A stretch of DNA of 64,000 nucleotides from Hadesarchaea archaeon (GTDB taxonomy: Archaea > Hadarchaeota > Hadarchaeia > Hadarchaeales > WYZ-LMO6), in NCBI GenBank assembly GCA_029259185.1, contig JAPDJF010000001.1:63427-127426 (forward strand). Direction: 5' to 3'. Of the stretch, positions 60,304-64,000 are shown piece by piece (positions within the stretch are counted from its first letter, which is position 1; every line of letters starts with the position of its first letter). The translations under genes were made by a program, and so were the position numbers. The notes beneath the pieces are model-generated. The model was not told the origin of the DNA. It was given only the letters and a program-made list of their open reading frames with translations, and did not search any database.

Positions 60304-62388
60304 ATGCTGAACCCCCTAGTGAGAAGGGGAGCCTTCGAAGAGAGAGAATATCAGCTCAGACTTGCAGAGAGAGCTGTGGGGAGAAACACACTTATCGTCC
60401 TCCCGACCGCGATGGGCAAAACTGTGATCGCCGCCCTCGTGGCATCCCACTTCCTGTACAATCATCGAAGATCGAAGGTTCTGATGATGGCCCCCACCCG
60501 TCCGTTGGTGATCCAGCATAAGGAGACCTTTATGAAGCTCCTAAGACTCAAGCCTGAGGACGTTCGGGTTCTGACGGGAAAGAATCCCCCTGATTACAGG
60601 CTACGCGTTTGGCGGAGCGGCGCCCGCATGTATTTCACGACCCCCCAAGTGGTGTACAACGACCACGGACGAGGGATGGAGCTCAAGGAGTTCGGCCTCC
60701 TCATCTTCGACGAATGTCACCGGGCGAGAAAAAACTATGCGTACACCCGCATCGCCGAGGCATACGTGCGAGAGGCACCTTTCCCCGTTATCTTAGGGAT
60801 CACGGCAAGTCCTGGCGGGAGCAAGCAGAAAATAAAGGAGATATGTGATGCCCTCTTTATCGAACGCGTGGAAGCGAGAACGGAGGAGGATCCTGATGTG
60901 AGGTCCTACGTCCACCAAGTAACCGTTGAGTGGAAGTTCGTGGAGCTACCGGAGTCTTATCAGAGGTTGAGGAGGACGCTGAGGAAGATGCTCGAGGAGA
61001 AGCTGAGAGAACTCTCCTCGATCGGAGCTGTAAGGAAGAACCCACGGTTCACATTCAGAACCGACTTGCTGGAGGCTGCAGAAGAGGTGAAGCACAGACT
61101 CGAAACCTCGCCGCTTGAGGAGGAGAGGGGAAAACTAGGAAGGACACTCATGCTTATCTCTGCCGCCCTCTCCCTTTACCATGCACTCGAACTCCTCGAG
61201 AGCCAAGGAGCGAGCGCGCTACGGAGCTTCCTTCGGAGGATTGAGAACGGTGAGAGGGTGAGCCACCGCCTCCTGACGTCTGAGCTAAAGTCGGTGGGAT
61301 TTCACGGCTCGGTTGACTCGCTGGGCGAGCACCCCAAGCTGAGGGAACTCCTGGAGACCGTGCTCGAGCAGTTGGCAAAAGATCCCTCTTCTAAAATCAT
61401 CGTTTTCACCCAGTACAGGGACACCGCCAGTCACCTCGTCTCAATGCTTTCGGGAAAAGGGATAACAGCAAAGAGGTTCGTGGGGCAGGGGAGCAGGGGA
61501 AACGACAAGGGATTGAGCCAAGAAGAACAAACATCCATCCTAGATGAGTTCAGGAGGGGGGAAGTAAAGGTACTCGTGGCGACGAGCATAGGGGAGGAGG
61601 GTTTGGACATACCGAACGTGGATCTCGTCGTATTCTACGAGCCGATTCCGAGCGAGATAAGGTACATCCAGCGGAGAGGGAGGACGGGAAGGGGGAAAGT
61701 CGGCAGGGTAGTGATACTGGCCGCCCAGGGGACAATCGATGTGAACTACTTGAGGGCGAGCAAGCGGATGGCGGAACGAATGAAAACCGTGATCAAGGAA
61801 CTGAACGAGGAACTGAGGGTGTTGGTGAGATCCTCGCCCCCTCCGAAGATAGAACCAATGGAGGGCGAGGAAATGGGACCCGAGGAACTTCCACCCATAG
61901 CACTTGAGGCTCCAATTGAAGAGGTGGAAGAAGAGCTGGAGAGGAAACGCATGAGGGACTTCAACACCGAAGTCAGGGTTGCCGCGAAACTCATCCTTCG
62001 GAAGATCCTGAGGGCGGGGAGAGAGGGGCTCTCGCTAAACAAACTCACCGAAGAGGCTGAAGTCGAGGGGCTGAACCCAAGCACCGTGGTGACCGCAGTG
62101 AACAGACTGTGCGACGAAAATCAAGTGGAAAAGGTCGGAGACCGGATTTTCTCCCCTGGAGTCTCGGGAGCTAAGGACATCCACACCCTAGAGGTCTGGA
62201 GAGTCTTACCGGGGAAGGCGATCGTGCATGTTGACAACAGGTGGTACGCCTCACTGCTCCCGAGCGACTACAACGGACCGAGGTACTTGATCAAAAGGGG
62301 AACGCGATTCAGAGCACGCACCGAGCTCTACACATTGGAAGGGAAGTTGCACGCCAAGGTGTACGCGGTGGAGACGACCTTGGACTAG
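60304..62388 (+). CDS. Hef/FANCM-like SF2 helicase without an ERCC4 nuclease domain
   Basis: REYQ, LPTAMGKT, DECHRA...Y.Y, TASPG, FTQYR, EEGLDI, IQRRGRTGR; C-terminus is wHTH plus a small beta domain. Confidence 0.88.
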   Translation: MLNPLVRRGAFEEREYQLRLAERAVGRNTLIVLPTAMGKTVIAALVASHFLYNHRRSKVLMMAPTRPLVIQHKETFMKLLRLKPEDVRVLTGKNPPDYRLRVWRSGARMYFTTPQVVYNDHGRGMELKEFGLLIFDECHRARKNYAYTRIAEAYVREAPFPVILGITASPGGSKQKIKEICDALFIERVEARTEEDPDVRSYVHQVTVEWKFVELPESYQRLRRTLRKMLEEKLRELSSIGAVRKNPRFTFRTDLLEAAEEVKHRLETSPLEEERGKLGRTLMLISAALSLYHALELLESQGASALRSFLRRIENGERVSHRLLTSELKSVGFHGSVDSLGEHPKLRELLETVLEQLAKDPSSKIIVFTQYRDTASHLVSMLSGKGITAKRFVGQGSRGNDKGLSQEEQTSILDEFRRGEVKVLVATSIGEEGLDIPNVDLVVFYEPIPSEIRYIQRRGRTGRGKVGRVVILAAQGTIDVNYLRASKRMAERMKTVIKELNEELRVLVRSSPPPKIEPMEGEEMGPEELPPIALEAPIEEVEEELERKRMRDFNTEVRVAAKLILRKILRAGREGLSLNKLTEEAEVEGLNPSTVVTAVNRLCDENQVEKVGDRIFSPGVSGAKDIHTLEVWRVLPGKAIVHVDNRWYASLLPSDYNGPRYLIKRGTRFRARTELYTLEGKLHAKVYAVETTLD

Positions 62389-62437
62389 CATCTAAGAACC
62401 CGAAGGGGTGATATAAGAGGTACGGACGAAGATTTAG

Positions 62438-63373
62438 GTGAACGGCATGAAATTCCTTCCCGAAGAGATAGCGGTCCTTGGACCGAGAGGAACCAATACG
62501 GAGAGAGCTGTGGAGGCCTTGGGGAACCTGCGACGGGGAGCCAAGCTGAAATACCTATACCCCATCGCGGAAGTTTTCGAATACGTGAGCGCCCACCCGA
62601 AGGCGGTAGGCGTGGTTCCCGTTGAGGATTCGATGGAGGGGGATGTTCCCTTCGTTCTGGACTTGCTCAGACGACATGACAACCTGTATGTGATAGGGGA
62701 GATCCGGCTCCCGGTGGTTCACCACCTCCTCGCTAAAAGCGAGGACCTGGGGAGGATCAAGATCATCGCCTCCCACCATCAAGCACTCTCCCACTGCAGA
62801 AACTACTTGAAGGAGAATTTCCCCAACGCCGAACTGAGGGAAACCCCAAGCACGGGAGCTGCGGCCGAACTGGCAACCTCCGACCCCAGCGTGGCAGCGA
62901 TAGCAGGAATGGAAGCCGCTAGAATATACGGGCTAAAGGTTGTGAGAGAGAACATCCATGACCAGGGAACCAACTACACTCGATTCTTCGTCTTGAGCCA
63001 GCGACGGATCTGCGTGGGCAAAGCACGCAAGACCTCCATAATGATCGAGTTACCTGAGGATAGACCCGGGATCCTCCATGAAATCTTGGGAGAGTTCGCG
63101 AGAAGGTCAATAAACCTCACGAGAATCGAATCCCGCCCCGACCGTGGGGTTTTGGGGGAGTACGTGTTCTTTATAGATCTAGAGGGGAGACTCTCAGACC
63201 CAAAGGTAAAAGCTGCCCTCCACGCCGTGGAGGAGAAGCGAGCATACGTGAGGGTATTCGGATCGTACGGTGTTAGAGAGATCCCGAGAAAAGCTGTGGT
63301 GAAGGAGACATCATCCCAGCTCACAAGAGATGAGCTCCGGCTGGTGGAACTCGCATTACTGAACTACGGTTAA
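62438..63373 (+). CDS. pheA: Prephenate dehydratase with ACT domain
   Basis: LGP.GT, VPVEDS.EG.V, SH.QAL..C, N.TRF, DRPG.L, INLTRIESRP. Confidence 0.93.
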   Translation: MNGMKFLPEEIAVLGPRGTNTERAVEALGNLRRGAKLKYLYPIAEVFEYVSAHPKAVGVVPVEDSMEGDVPFVLDLLRRHDNLYVIGEIRLPVVHHLLAKSEDLGRIKIIASHHQALSHCRNYLKENFPNAELRETPSTGAAAELATSDPSVAAIAGMEAARIYGLKVVRENIHDQGTNYTRFFVLSQRRICVGKARKTSIMIELPEDRPGILHEILGEFARRSINLTRIESRPDRGVLGEYVFFIDLEGRLSDPKVKAALHAVEEKRAYVRVFGSYGVREIPRKAVVKETSSQLTRDELRLVELALLNYG

Positions 63374-63393
63374 ATCCTCAAAGTTAGAATGGT

Positions 63394-63789
63394 TTGGCGA
63401 GGGAGATATCGATGAAGAGGAAGGCCCAGCTGAGGCAGGGGGATATTGTGTGCCTCTCGATCCCTTTCACAGGGAGGAAGGATTCGAAGGAGGAAAAACT
63501 CGCACTCATCGTTTCCTCGGATAGGTACAACGAGCTGAATGAGGATGCGATCATAGTCCCCCTCGCGAGCGTATCAAAGAGGGGGATTGGGGAACTCGAC
63601 CATGTGCTTACCACGAAGGAGGCGGAGTTCGCTGGACTCCGCAAACCATTGGTCGTCAGGACCGGGGTGATATTGACCGTGCGCAGAGAACTTCTGGAGA
63701 AGAGGGGAAAGCTCCCCTCAAGAACTGTTAAGGAAATCGTCTTGAAGATCATCAAAAACGTTTTCTCTCCAGATAAGAGGATTGCATAA
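63394..63789 (+). CDS. PemK/MazF family protein
   Basis: QGDIV...PF...K...ALIVS.D.YN....I.VP..S, GL.K..VV. Confidence 0.8.
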   Translation: MAREISMKRKAQLRQGDIVCLSIPFTGRKDSKEEKLALIVSSDRYNELNEDAIIVPLASVSKRGIGELDHVLTTKEAEFAGLRKPLVVRTGVILTVRRELLEKRGKLPSRTVKEIVLKIIKNVFSPDKRIA

Positions 63790-63873
63790 GTTGCCCAGCC
63801 TCGTCCCATACTCTCCCAAGGTACTCCTTTTTCCGAATTACCTCCAAACCAAGATTACCGCTGGAGGAAGCAA

Positions 63874-64000
63874 GTCAACTACCCCTCCCTAAAGGAAGGG
63901 GCTTGTCCCCGAGGTGGAACCGAAATGTCCCAAAAACCCCGGAACAATAGGCCGGTTGACGGCGGCCCTAGCGGCGATGTTGAGCGCCGCAACGTGGTCG
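63874..64000 (-). mobile_element. 3-prime end of tnpB and IS200/IS605 right end (element continues beyond window)
   Basis: Minus strand reads DHVAALNIAARAAVNRPIV (RuvC-III), followed by hairpin CAAGCCCCTTCCTTTAGGGAGGGGTAGTTGAC. Confidence 0.85.

Overview
Archaeal chromosomal window. The gene set is euryarchaeal-like, with archaeal ribosomal proteins, aIF2-gamma/aIF5B, KEOPS, Hel308, Elp3, RbkR, FBP aldolase/phosphatase and an AcnX/UbiD mevalonate route. A Hadarchaeota/MSBL1-like origin is plausible but is inference only. Most of the window is housekeeping genes: Moco synthesis, translation, isoprenoid, riboflavin, central carbon and DNA repair, plus one tRNA-Leu(CAG). About a dozen decayed IS fragments (IS200/IS605, IS607, an IS6/IS1595-like MITE, ISNCY-like) sit in intergenic gaps, several at breakpoints of normally conserved operons. 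The most unusual signal is in the three exported proteins at 1.3-8.2 kb: Asn is overwhelmingly preceded by Asp/Glu (44 of 62 Asn in the large surface protein by hand count, versus 1/14 and 2/13 in two cytoplasmic controls), and in that large protein the D/E-N sites show no N-x-S/T enrichment. This suggests a non-canonical surface-protein modification sequon. Other notable items: a protein-free TnpB omegaRNA mini-element with a recoverable TTTAA target inserted in a DUF357 gene, a wHTH-fused LigD-type Prim-Pol without Ku, catalytically degenerate MNT/HEPN and MazF, probable CTG/ACG start codons in the rib operon, and an orphan PqqD. All assignments come from motif recognition by eye; no database searches were run.
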